A stretch of DNA of 64,000 nt from contig CAVWIG010000028.1 of NCBI GenBank assembly GCA_963754945.1, forward strand, positions 166,130 through 230,129, written 5' to 3'. A program made the position numbers and the translations under genes. Shown here piece by piece: positions 20,905-31,299 of this stretch. The first letter of the stretch is position 1. Each line of letters opens with the position of its first letter. The notes beneath the pieces were generated by a model that was not told where the DNA came from, searched no databases, and worked only from the letters and a program-made list of their open reading frames with translations. The stretch is from Methanotrichaceae archaeon (GTDB taxonomy: Archaea > Halobacteriota > Methanosarcinia > Methanotrichales > Methanotrichaceae).

Positions 20905-21777
20905 ATGATAGATATCGCAATTCCCAAGGGCAGCCTCCTGAATCAAACCCTGCAGCTATTCGAGCAGGCTGGCCTGGAGATAAGAAGGACAGAGCGAGAG
21001 TACAACGCGAAGATCAACGATCCCCGCGTGGGCAAGGTCAAGATCCTCCGGCCTCAAGAGATCCCTTCCTATGTTGCCAAAGGCTACTTCGATCTGGGAA
21101 TATCGGGCACCGATTGGATTAGGGAGTCCAAGGCGGATGTAGTGACTGTTGCCGAGCTGAACTACGGCAAGCAGGGACCCGGAAAGGTGAAGTTGGTAGT
21201 GGCCGTTCCAGACTGCGAGGGGATAGCTTCGGCAAGAGACATCAAACCCAATAGCCGGGTTGCCACAGAGTACCCAGAGTTGACGAGGTCCTTCTTCGAG
21301 CGGCTCGGAATACAAGTGGATGTCCAGTACTCCTACGGTGCCACAGAGGCAAAGGTGCCTGAGCTGACTGACGTGGTCGTAGACCTTACGGAGACAGGTT
21401 CCACTCTTCGGAAGAACGGGCTGAAGATCGTTGATGTGATGATGGAGTCCACATCGGAGCTGATCGCAAACAAGAAGAGCTGGGCCGATCCGGAGAAGCG
21501 TGAAGACATCCAGGCCATTGAGACTTTACTGTCGGCAGTAATAAGAGCCAGGGGGAAGGTGCTCATTGATTTGAACGTACCCGAGGAGAAGATCGAAGAG
21601 GTGATATCCATCCTGCCGAGCATGAAGAACCCAACAATCTCCAAACTCTACAACTCCGGCTACTACGCAGTGGAGAGCGTTGTGGACAAGTCTCAGATCA
21701 ACCTGCTTATACCAAGGCTCAAGAAGGCAGGTGCAGAGGACATCCTGGAGCTGGCAATATCGAAGATTGTTCCCTGA
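20905..21777 (+). CDS. hisG: ATP phosphoribosyltransferase (long form)
   Basis: IAIPKGSL, RVATEYP, GATEAK, DLTETGSTL, C-terminal regulatory domain. Confidence 0.95.
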   Translation: MIDIAIPKGSLLNQTLQLFEQAGLEIRRTEREYNAKINDPRVGKVKILRPQEIPSYVAKGYFDLGISGTDWIRESKADVVTVAELNYGKQGPGKVKLVVAVPDCEGIASARDIKPNSRVATEYPELTRSFFERLGIQVDVQYSYGATEAKVPELTDVVVDLTETGSTLRKNGLKIVDVMMESTSELIANKKSWADPEKREDIQAIETLLSAVIRARGKVLIDLNVPEEKIEEVISILPSMKNPTISKLYNSGYYAVESVVDKSQINLLIPRLKKAGAEDILELAISKIVP

Positions 21778-21805
21778 TAAAATCCAAAATAATTTAACGG
21801 AAAAG

Positions 21806-21880
21806 CGGGCGCGGGGGGATTCGAACCCCCGATCTACAGCTTAGGAGGCTGCCGCCTTATCCTGACTAGGCCACGCGCCC
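21806..21880 (-). tRNA. tRNA-Arg (CCT)
   Basis: GGGCGCG acceptor stem, GCAGC-CT-CCT-AA-GCTGT anticodon arm, GGTTCGAATCC T-loop; CCA not encoded. Confidence 0.95.
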
Positions 21881-22140
21881 TCTGGCTCTTCCTCGTATAA
21901 CCAACACGTATATCAATCTTTCCGGGTGGCATCGATCTTCTATCAACTCATTTCGTGATCTTCTTGCCGAGTTATCTTATAAGCACGCCACTTAAGGTGA
22001 CCACGAATAGTCCCAGGAAGAACCATCCTAGAACCTCGATCATGGCCAGATGCCAACATACCCTATGGATAAACCCTATGGATAATTGTTCACAGGAGCT
22101 CGGGGATGGTTTTGACTAGATTATCAGACCGAATCTTGAG

Positions 22141-23658
22141 CTATCGGATCAATATGCCAACCAGGATAACCACGAAGAGCATCATGAAGAACCAACCCAG
22201 TATAATTTCTAACATCGCCAAATGCCTGTAAAAACCCACAGGATATCTATTCACCGGTCCCTGCGCTGAGTTGAACTGGGCGACACTGAAGTACATGGCG
22301 TCGATAAGGGATACACGCTGTTTCTGGATGCCTTTTGTTCTGCCCGGAATCCTCTGTCCGATTTGTTCGAACCCCTTCATTCCGTTGCCAGCCCAGAAGA
22401 CAACTCCAAAGAGGACGATGGTGAAGATGCACCAGAAGGCGGTGTAGCTCACGCGAACGCCGTAGCCGCAGGAGAGCCAGGCAATCACATCTGCCAGCTT
22501 TGCCCAGCCCCATGGCTCGTTTGCCTGGCTGATCTGGCGATATTCATAGTAACAGTCGTCTGCATCATTGAACCACTCGAGATTCTTGTAGTTTTTAACC
22601 AGGGCCAGGTAGGCGGCACCATTGAACTCCAATCTGTCTCTTATGGTTGACCAGGGGACAACCAGCCTTGTGAAGTCCGCATCCTTTAGACTAATCGTTG
22701 AATTCTTCCCGAAAGTAGCGTTGTCGAGTTGCATGTTGTAGATCCTGGCGCTCTCGAGGACCAGGTCTTTGTTGAATTTCGCGTCCAGAAAGTGAGCATT
22801 ATCATCGAACTTTGCCACGGCGAAGAACGCAGTGTTCTCAAAAGTAACGTTGGCAAAGTCAGCAAACCCACCGAAGCTGGCAAGGCCAAAGCTGGAGCCT
22901 CCGTAAAAATGGGACGACCGGAAAATGACGTCTCTGACGAACTGAGTTCCTGCAAAGTCAGCATTCCCTTTGAAATTAGAGTCCATGAAGATGGTAGTCC
23001 CGCTGAATTGAGAGTTGGTGATGCTTGCATCTCCGGAGAAGATGGCACCCATGAAGGTTACAGGACGGGAGAACTGGACCAGGTCGAATTTGGCGCCTGC
23101 ATCAAAGTTTGAGCCTTCGAAGACGGCATTTCCGTCAAACTGGGAGTTGGCAAAGCTGACCACCCCTTCGAACCTCGCTAGGCTGAAAGAGACTGCACTG
23201 TCGAACCTGGCAAACTTGAAATCCGTATTACCGGAGAATCTCGTGCCACCAAAATTCGCATCTCCCTGGAACCGGGCTTTAGCAAAGCTTGCATTGCCCT
23301 GGAAGGCCGTTCCATGAAAGTCCATAAGATCCCCAAAGGTTACTCTCTCGAAGTTCGCAGGTCCTTGGATTATGGAGTTGGTTATCTCTACCGACTGGCG
23401 GACCGGCCCTGTTAGTTTGCTCAGGTCAAGGTTCCCTGAGATGGAGACATTATCATAAGACACCGCTTGGTTGGCTTCGATCTCGTTCAGGATCTGGGAA
23501 GCAACGACCTCTTGCAGGCGGATAGCGCTATTCTTCGTCGAGTTTCCTGAAGCCGGCAGGCTGGATGCATCGCATGCAGAGGCGAAGATGAGGATTAGAA
23601 GTAATGCCGTAGTCCACTTGGATATTCGGAACATGCCCAACTCTCGGGGAACTCTCAA
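22141..23658 (-). CDS. Secreted pentapeptide-repeat protein with C-terminal transmembrane (channel-like) segment
   Basis: Signal-like N-terminus, long A-x-F-x-x-A-x-F repeats, CGYGVR, two TM helices flanking LIDAMYFSV. Confidence 0.85.
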   Translation of the reverse strand: MRVPRELGMFRISKWTTALLLILIFASACDASSLPASGNSTKNSAIRLQEVVASQILNEIEANQAVSYDNVSISGNLDLSKLTGPVRQSVEITNSIIQGPANFERVTFGDLMDFHGTAFQGNASFAKARFQGDANFGGTRFSGNTDFKFARFDSAVSFSLARFEGVVSFANSQFDGNAVFEGSNFDAGAKFDLVQFSRPVTFMGAIFSGDASITNSQFSGTTIFMDSNFKGNADFAGTQFVRDVIFRSSHFYGGSSFGLASFGGFADFANVTFENTAFFAVAKFDDNAHFLDAKFNKDLVLESARIYNMQLDNATFGKNSTISLKDADFTRLVVPWSTIRDRLEFNGAAYLALVKNYKNLEWFNDADDCYYEYRQISQANEPWGWAKLADVIAWLSCGYGVRVSYTAFWCIFTIVLFGVVFWAGNGMKGFEQIGQRIPGRTKGIQKQRVSLIDAMYFSVAQFNSAQGPVNRYPVGFYRHLAMLEIILGWFFMMLFVVILVGILIR

Positions 23659-23694
23659 GGATATAAAGCATTTCTGTTCTGCTATTTGATCATG

Positions 23695-24625
23695 TTACCT
23701 GATCGTAATCCTTCCCAAAGTCACCAGGAAGAGCGCCAGGAGAAGCCAACCCAGAATGCCCTCGACTATGACGTAGTACCTGTGCTCCTGTCGGCAAAAA
23801 GTCGATTGGCCCTTGAGAGAGGAAGATGCAGGTACTGAAGAACAGAGCGTTGCGAAAGATCGCTCTTCTGGAATGGAGTCCTTCTCGACAGGGCCCTGCA
23901 GGGGCTTGGCTGATCTGCGAATGCCGTCTCCCTTCCAGAAAATCAGTGCAAACACTAGGATTAGGATGGTCAATACCGCCCAGGCAAACAGTGTAACCGG
24001 GCCGAACACCGTAGCCGCAAGACAGCCAAGCTAGAACGTCTATGGCCTTCGACAAACCAAACCCTTTCTCTGCCTGGTCCAATCTGCGATACTCGTAGTA
24101 GCAGTCGTCTTGTTCACTATGCCAGTCAAGGACCTGTAGTTGTCGATAAGACCTAGGTAAACTCCCGGATCGTAGACCACATGATCTTTGATTTCGTTCC
24201 AGGGAGCCTTCTGTCTCTTAAAATCTGCATCCTTCAAGTTAATTTTGGAGTTCTGCTGAAGCTGGCCTTTCCAGAAGCATTGAAGAAATCTGGGCGCTCT
24301 ACAAGTTCAGTTCACTGTCGAATGCCGCGCTTTCTAAGCTCGTTATGTCTTCGAACTTGACGAGGCCGAAGAGGGCCTTATCCTTGAAATGAGCCTTAGA
24401 GAAGTCGGCAGCATCGCTGAAGCGTGCCAGGTTGAAGGTGGCCTCCTCGGAGAATAGAGCGTCGCCGAAGGAGGATAGGCCTGAAAATCTGGTCAGGCCG
24501 AACCTGGCTAGGCCACTGAAGTTACAATTGCCGAAGCTGGTATCCTTCTGGGCATAAGATAAGTCGCTGTGGACATCACCAGAACTGCGAACATTATCAT
24601 GAATAGCTTGACCATCTCACGGGAC
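23695..24625 (-). pseudogene. Degraded tandem paralog of the pentapeptide-repeat membrane protein
   Basis: Fragments in shifting frames (ARFGLTRFSG..ATFNLARF, LKDADF..PWNEIKDH, WLSCGYGVRP, EGILGWLLLALFLVTL) colinear with 22141-23658. Confidence 0.75.
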
Positions 24626-24788
24626 AAGTGAGGACAATTCAATGCTTTATCTTTTCCCCTGTATAGAGCTTTGAGACATGCAGGATGGTGCCGCAAAAAA
24701 AATGAAGTCTGCAACTTCATTCCATCACTTTCATCGATAAATATCAGGCGTCAAATTGGAACTCGCTTAAGAAGATTCATATGTAAAG

Positions 24789-25955
24789 CTAGCCTTTGGC
24801 AATATTGACTGCCAAGTCTAAAACCGTCATAGGTTGGACCGATGTTACTAGAATTCCGGCGTCTAGCGCCTTACGGCACAGTGAGCCTCTCAGAACCAGG
24901 TTCTTTCCGGAGATGCCTTTGACCAACCGGTCAATATCTACATCGCTCATGTTTCTAAGAGTCTCCAGGGACGCCCTGCCCAATCGGTATACCCAGCCGA
25001 ACTCGGACCACCAGAGGCGTTCGTAACGGGATAGGGTCGCCCTGGACACGTCTCCGGCTGAAACCGCCTGGCCGGCCACTGTGCCGCAGATGGTCCCGGC
25101 GCGCATACCGTAAATAAGCCCGCTCTGACCTGAAGCCCCTCCAGTCACCATAAAGCCGTCTGAGACTATCTCTCCCGGGAGAACGGCTATTGGGTCGCCT
25201 CCTTGCTTTATGGAGAGTACCTTCATCTGTTCGATTTTTCTGTAAGCTTCGGCCTTGTATGCTTTGAACCTACCGAGAAAGCTTTGGAAAAAAGGATTGA
25301 CGTCCATGCCGTGTCCCCTAACAAATACGCCCAAGGTAGCCAGGTCTTCCCCTGCGGGCGAGAATGTCGCCTTCCACCCTGGGGCCATGCTGCCAATCCA
25401 GTACTCGAAGAAATCCTCTTCTCCTAGGCCAGGATGCTGGACTGTGGCTTCCACGGCCCAGGCAATGTCCAGAGGATGGCGAATTGGAGAAATGCCTGCT
25501 TGACGAGCCAGAAAGGGCTGCACTCCAGAGGCATCTATCGTTACCTTGGCTTGGATATCCCCTTGCCGTGTAGATACCAGACTGTTACCCGATCTGATCA
25601 AAATTCCCGTTGCTTGGCCTTCCAGAAGCATAACCCCCTCTTTTTCAGCGATGTTCAGGTAGTGATCGTCGAAACGTCTTCTGTCTATGAAGTAGCCCTT
25701 CGCAGGTACGGTTGCGCAATGGCCGGAAGGCGAGACGATTCGCATTCCTCGCAACGATCTTTTTATATAGCAATCATCAACTTGAAAACCCGTCTGGGAG
25801 GCCATGCCTTCGAAGAAGGTGTTGGCTGAATGATCAACTCCCCAGGGGTTTCTGTCTAGGAGGATCACGTCAGATCCGCATCTTGCTGCTGAGATCGCCG
25901 CCATCATGCCGGCAGCAGAAGCTCCCACAACCAGCACGTCGCATTTCATAGTCAT
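24789..25955 (-). CDS. Geranylgeranyl-reductase-like FAD-dependent oxidoreductase (divergent)
   Basis: DVLVVGASAAG, IDRRRFD, IDASG, LSRYERLWW; GDAA and PxxYxWxFP motifs are diverged. Confidence 0.75.
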   Translation of the reverse strand: MTMKCDVLVVGASAAGMMAAISAARCGSDVILLDRNPWGVDHSANTFFEGMASQTGFQVDDCYIKRSLRGMRIVSPSGHCATVPAKGYFIDRRRFDDHYLNIAEKEGVMLLEGQATGILIRSGNSLVSTRQGDIQAKVTIDASGVQPFLARQAGISPIRHPLDIAWAVEATVQHPGLGEEDFFEYWIGSMAPGWKATFSPAGEDLATLGVFVRGHGMDVNPFFQSFLGRFKAYKAEAYRKIEQMKVLSIKQGGDPIAVLPGEIVSDGFMVTGGASGQSGLIYGMRAGTICGTVAGQAVSAGDVSRATLSRYERLWWSEFGWVYRLGRASLETLRNMSDVDIDRLVKGISGKNLVLRGSLCRKALDAGILVTSVQPMTVLDLAVNIAKG

Positions 25956-26144
25956 AGGTGAAACAAGGATCAGATGAACTTTTCCAGAAGAGGCCTGGTT
26001 CTTAAACAAATTACCCGATGAATCCAGTCGGATTAGTACAATGATGAAAATAAAGGGAATGAAATATAAATGATTGCGGTGAAATATAAATAAAAGAATA
26101 GAGATATAAGATTAAATTATGAAAAATGGCCAGATAAATCTGGC

Positions 26145-26552
26145 TTAAGCAGTTATCTTGGTCTTGGCGATGTACTTGATCAAGTCGGGACCCAAGCGTG
26201 CTTTCTTCTGGATCTGGCTTGCCATCTCGTCCATGTCCAAGCCGGTTGAAGTCAAGGTTCTGATCTCTTCCAGGGTGGCGTCCTCTACGGTGAAGTACTC
26301 ATCCAGGTCCTTCCTGTGACCCCAGACGTCCCCTTGCAGGAGTTCAATGCCCTGCATTTCCAGGAAAACCTGGATGGCATTGGACATAGTCTTGTGGTAG
26401 GATGGAGGCACCTGAATCATTCTGAGCCTGGGACATTTCTGCATCAGGTTTAGGAAGTCAACATTGGATGCCCTGAAGGCAAGGTGAACCAGCTTCTCAT
26501 TCGGGTTCAGGCTGGTTATTTCGTTCTTTGAGCTTACTACTCTTAGTCTCAT
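26145..26552 (-). CDS. DUF1699-family protein
   Basis: MRLRVVSSK..NPNEKLVHLAFRASN..GDVWGHRKDLDEY. Confidence 0.88.
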   Translation of the reverse strand: MRLRVVSSKNEITSLNPNEKLVHLAFRASNVDFLNLMQKCPRLRMIQVPPSYHKTMSNAIQVFLEMQGIELLQGDVWGHRKDLDEYFTVEDATLEEIRTLTSTGLDMDEMASQIQKKARLGPDLIKYIAKTKITA

Positions 26553-27361
26553 TTTTTTAACTCTCCTATCTTGTACGAAGTATAAGCTATTATTAATAGA
26601 CACTTGCACTGTACACATCTGTATAAACCAGTTGCAGATAGATAAACACATAGGAATTTAAAGTTTATTGTGGATCGTTCTGAGCTAAAATCCCGAGATA
26701 TCTGGTGATAAGAAAAGATAGCATGAAATATCCTGAAACCCTGAACTAAACGATAGCCTCTGATGCTTTAACCAAAATGGCATCCTCATAAGATCCAAAT
26801 CTTAAGCGCACAGCCATAGTGTCTGGGCCTCGGGTCCAGCATTGAAGACTTCGAGCAATTTTCGGTTTCACATCCTTCTCAAGATGATTGGAGTTGACGA
26901 GCTAGCATCTGAATTTAACCATGATTGAATTGAAGATGACTGATCAATGAATCCCAATACGTCCTTCGCGCATGATCCCAAAATGAGGCAGATGGCTGAG
27001 AAAAAAGAGCGCGGTTCTTCTTGGAATTAGGTCCTTGCTATTTCCTGTTGGAGGATCTTAGGAGGCTTGAACGTCTTAGTGCTTTGGGGTGAATTACAAT
27101 CTGGACCAACCACAACGAAAAACAAAAGCGCAAGCGCTTGAAGGTCCAGATACCCAGAGACATGTTTGTTATCAACACTGAAAAACTGCGAAGAAGCCTG
27201 GAATTATCTGTCCAATCTTCTCGATAGATTGGGAAAACGATGTCTTTTGGAGAACTGCGTGCACTTGGGGCAAAGTGGTTGCAGGTGATTGATACTCCGA
27301 GGCCCAAATATTAGAAAAAGTAGAGTTAGGGCTGGCAACGGCCCCGGCTCAGTATAAAGGA

Positions 27362-27775
27362 TCAAGCGATGATCTTAGTCCTGGCTATGTACTTGATGAG
27401 GTCTGGAGCCAGCCTTGCTTTCTTCTGGATCTGACCGGCCAACTTGTCCATATTCGCTCCGTTTGAGGCCAAACTTCTGATCTCTTCTATCGTGGCGTCA
27501 TCCACAACAAAGTACTCATCTAGGTCCTTCCTGTGGCCCCAGACGTCTCCCTCCAAGAGATCGATGCCCTGCATTTCCATGAATACGTGGATAGCGTTGG
27601 ACATAGTCTTTTGGTAGGATGGAGGCACCTGAATCATCCTTAGCCTGGGACATTTTTGAATCAGATTCAGGAAGTCGACGTTGGACGCCCTGAAGGCCAG
27701 ATGGACGAGCTTTTCGTTCGGACTGAGCCTGGATATCTCGCTTCTCGAGCTTACTACTCTTAGTCGCATGGACAC
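27362..27775 (-). CDS. DUF1699-family protein (tandem paralog)
   Basis: Same motifs; highly similar to 26145-26552. Confidence 0.88.
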   Translation of the reverse strand: MSMRLRVVSSRSEISRLSPNEKLVHLAFRASNVDFLNLIQKCPRLRMIQVPPSYQKTMSNAIHVFMEMQGIDLLEGDVWGHRKDLDEYFVVDDATIEEIRSLASNGANMDKLAGQIQKKARLAPDLIKYIARTKIIA

Positions 27776-28239
27776 TCACCAGATAATGCTATTTTATTAT
27801 TTATACGACCTCATGATGCAACATCAGGTATAAAACATTTACGACTTACATAAATAATTAGATAAATATCTAAGTATCTCTAGGAAGAAGGTTTATAAAA
27901 CTGTACATATAAATACATATTTCGAAATCCAGTTATGTAAATAAAGTTTTATAATATAGTTTTATATCAGTGTGTGAGGGAGGTTAAATAAGAGGAATAT
28001 TGCTTGCAGCCTTCGGTGTTCATCTACAATTTGTCTTCGGGTTCTATCGGACGTCATTTATCCAAATTATACGCACGGCTCAATTTCAGCGTGCCATAAA
28101 TAGAACGGCTGCCTGCTAAGGACGACAAATTCCAGCCAGATGAAGATCCCATCAATCTCATCATCGATGGCAGTTCAACTTCAAATTGATCAAGCTTTCC
28201 AGCATGACAATCTCATTGCCAATTGATTTCTGGTTGTTA

Positions 28240-28701
28240 TTATTGGGACGGTTCCTTCACTATTAGTTCGCCTTCTTCGGTGACGTAGATCTCGATATCC
28301 TGTGAAAGAGCACGCTTCTTGAACAGCTCGGGTGCTCCTCTTCTGAGCTGGAAGATTATATCAAGAGATGTTGCGGGCAGTTGAATGGACATTCTGTCAG
28401 CTGCCTGGAAGATCCTAGCAGGAATGTCAAAGACATCAGTCCCAGCGGTTACCTTGAGGGAGATGGGTGCCTGAATGGTCATCCACTGTCGAAGAGTATT
28501 TTGGGCCCGGGCAATGTTCTGATGAGCCCTTTTCTCCAGTATGCTGATGTTCGACCTGGTGGTCCCTATCATGTCCGCTACCTCCTGTTGGGATCGGCCT
28601 TTGTGGCGAAGTTTTATAACCTCGATTTGTCTTTCCGTTAGAAAGGAAGAGGCGTCATCCTTCAGATCATCATCCCTCAGTTCGTCATCTTCTTGCTTCA
28701 T
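28240..28701 (-). CDS. tfx: Tfx-family DNA-binding protein
   Basis: SFLTERQIEVIKLR..SQQEVADMIGTTRSNISILEKRA..NI. Confidence 0.88.
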   Translation of the reverse strand: MKQEDDELRDDDLKDDASSFLTERQIEVIKLRHKGRSQQEVADMIGTTRSNISILEKRAHQNIARAQNTLRQWMTIQAPISLKVTAGTDVFDIPARIFQAADRMSIQLPATSLDIIFQLRRGAPELFKKRALSQDIEIYVTEEGELIVKEPSQ

Positions 28702-29063
28702 CTATCCTTTGGAAAATGGAACTCTTAAGATAAAAACCTCTGCCCCTCTCATGATTCGTAGATCTGGATGCAGTTTTAAGATGAATTGAAAACTCTTCTT
28801 ACGACATCTGAATGCATCAACATCTATTAGCTTAACCGTGGATTCTCTACTATCGATTATCGCATTTCTGCTTGCGAAATCATAACTGGCGATGCCACAA
28901 GAAGATGAGTCCAGCATTCGAGGTTATTTTCGTGATTATATAATCATTTAAAACATATATAATATATCATTATCAAATAGATGATGGCATCTGCGGTATA
29001 ACAAGAAGTTACGAGAAGTGCTGTCAAAAAATACAAAGAGACAATTTTGCCTTCTAAAAAATA

Positions 29064-31001
29064 TCAGAGGCTGGCCCTGAGGCAAGCCTTATCCAACTCT
29101 TTATCTTTGATGTGCCCGTTGGGCTTAGTAATGAAGTAGGTGTAACCCTTCAGCGTCCTGTTGAGCTGTGCTTCGATCTGCTCCAGCTCCTTCTTGTCGA
29201 TACACTGCTTCTTCTCCACGCATCGGTCCATGATCTCCCAGATGTAGTCCTTGGTCTCGTAGTTGAAGAAGTCAAGCAGCTTCCTGCAGGTGTCGCCTTC
29301 CACCTTCTGGCAGATATACCAGTTGTCCCGCTCCACCATAACATGCACCTCGTGGGCACTTCCCAGCAGGTTGTGAAAGTCCCCCAGTGTATCCTGATAG
29401 GCGCCCAGAAGGAAGATGCCCATGTAGTAGTCCTCGTTCTCCATAATGGTGTGCATCTCCAGGTACTCCAGGCCCTCGCTATCGCCGGCGTACCGTTTGA
29501 CCTCGCCGTCTGAGTCACACGTGATGTCCACTATCCGGCCTCGTTCGCTCGGCATCTCGTTGTGCCGGTGCAGAGGAATGGTGGGAAAGATCTGCTCCAC
29601 TCCCCACATGTCTGGGACGGATTGAAAGAGGGAGAAGTTTCCGATGTACTTCTGGCTCACCAGCTTCTTAAGCTCCTGGAATTCCTCAGAATCGTCCTCT
29701 GTCTGCTTGGCCAGGAAGGCTGCCTTCTTGCAGACCATCCAGAAGAGCGTTTCTCCCTTGGCCCTTTCCTCCAGGCCGATGTTGCCCAGAATGAATGAAT
29801 CGTAAAGCTCGTCCCTGTACTGCAGGGCGTCGTGGTAGTGCTCTTTGTAGTTGTCTATGTCGATCTCCTTGAAAGCACAGCAGAGATCCTCGATCTGTAT
29901 AGGGTCCTCGGTTCCCCGGGACTTTAGAAGGGAATCCTTGGCGTTCTTTTTCCCTATTACTTTGAAGATGAGCATGGCGTGATAGGCCGCTATGGCCCTT
30001 CCACTCTCGGAGACAATAGTCGGGCAGGGCACATCTTCCTCTTCACAGATCTTCTGTACGGCATAAACAACGTCGTTGGCGTACTCCTGGAGGGAGTAAT
30101 TGGCGCTCGAAGGCGTGGCAGTGTTGGAACCGTTGTAGTCCACGGAGAGACCGCCCCCGACATTCAGGTACTCGATCTTGGCCATCTTGCGAGCTTTGGC
30201 ATAGATTCTGGCCGCCTCGTTCATGGCGTTCTTGATGGTCCTTATGTCAGTAATCTGCGAACCGATGTGGAAGTGGATCATCATAAGACTGTCCAGGAGG
30301 CCCTTCTCTCTCAGTATCTTCATCAGTTCCAAGGCTTCGCTTGTGGACAGGCCGAACTTGGCCGACTCTCCACCCGATTCGACCCAGCGGCCCGAGCCCC
30401 TGGCAAAGAGCTTGACCCTCATGCCGATCCTGGGGGTTATGCCCATCTCCTCTGCGTACTTCAGGATGTCATTGGCTTCCTCAAAGAGGTCAACAACTAT
30501 TACAATATTATTCACGCTGTGGACGCTCAGGGCTAGGCGCAGATAATCCTCGTCCTTATATCCGTTGCAGATCAGAAGGGCATCCTTTGGCAGACCTAAG
30601 GACAGAGCTGCCAACAGCTCAGCCTTAGTGCCCACTTCGAGGCCGATTTTATACTTGGCTCCGTGCTTAATGATGTACTCGATGACCTCTTTCCTTTGGT
30701 TGACTTTCATGGGAAAGATCGGCTGATATGTGCCCTTGTAGGAGAACTCCTCTATAGCTCCCAAGAATGATCCCGTGATCTCATCGATCCTGTCTTCCAA
30801 CATTTGAGGAAAGCGTAAAAGTACGGGAAACTCCAGATCTTTGGATTTCTCAATCTCTTCGATGAGATCCATGGCGTCTATGCTGCGAGAACGGTCCTTG
30901 TTGGGAAGAATGATGATATTGCCCTTATCATTTACTGAAAAATAGCCGTTGCCCCAATTCTCAACTCCGTAGAGGTCGATGGAATCCTCAACCTTCCACA
31001 T
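29064..31001 (-). CDS. speA: Biosynthetic arginine decarboxylase (bacterial PLP/alanine-racemase fold)
   Basis: YGVENWGNGYF, FPMKVNQ (PLP Lys), SAKFGL, HFHIGSQ, ESGRAIAA, NFSLFQSVPD, DITCDSDG, GAYQDTLGDFHNL. Confidence 0.95.
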   Translation of the reverse strand: MWKVEDSIDLYGVENWGNGYFSVNDKGNIIILPNKDRSRSIDAMDLIEEIEKSKDLEFPVLLRFPQMLEDRIDEITGSFLGAIEEFSYKGTYQPIFPMKVNQRKEVIEYIIKHGAKYKIGLEVGTKAELLAALSLGLPKDALLICNGYKDEDYLRLALSVHSVNNIVIVVDLFEEANDILKYAEEMGITPRIGMRVKLFARGSGRWVESGGESAKFGLSTSEALELMKILREKGLLDSLMMIHFHIGSQITDIRTIKNAMNEAARIYAKARKMAKIEYLNVGGGLSVDYNGSNTATPSSANYSLQEYANDVVYAVQKICEEEDVPCPTIVSESGRAIAAYHAMLIFKVIGKKNAKDSLLKSRGTEDPIQIEDLCCAFKEIDIDNYKEHYHDALQYRDELYDSFILGNIGLEERAKGETLFWMVCKKAAFLAKQTEDDSEEFQELKKLVSQKYIGNFSLFQSVPDMWGVEQIFPTIPLHRHNEMPSERGRIVDITCDSDGEVKRYAGDSEGLEYLEMHTIMENEDYYMGIFLLGAYQDTLGDFHNLLGSAHEVHVMVERDNWYICQKVEGDTCRKLLDFFNYETKDYIWEIMDRCVEKKQCIDKKELEQIEAQLNRTLKGYTYFITKPNGHIKDKELDKACLRASL

Positions 31002-31299
31002 TGGTTCTGACCTCACCAAGTAGTCTTGAAAAATCTTTACTACCCACGTTTCCAACACATGAGACGAATTCTTGATTATTAGACATATGACCCATTATCT
31101 CCCCATCATAAGATCGGCTGATAGTATCGAATCTGGATTTAGGGGCCCTTTTGATATATAAACCCCGTGTAGAGAGCTTCGTCCTGGTTTCAGTGGAGGG
31201 GAAGCTTTCAAGATGGATAATCTTAAACGTCTCGAAGCTAATTTCAGCTCAAGAACTTCACCGGCAAGAATTCACAAGAACAGTTTTCAGAGGGATGAA

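Noticed and set aside
26660-27350. 89-aa ORF between the DUF1699 genes
   Set aside because: No recognisable homology and atypical composition
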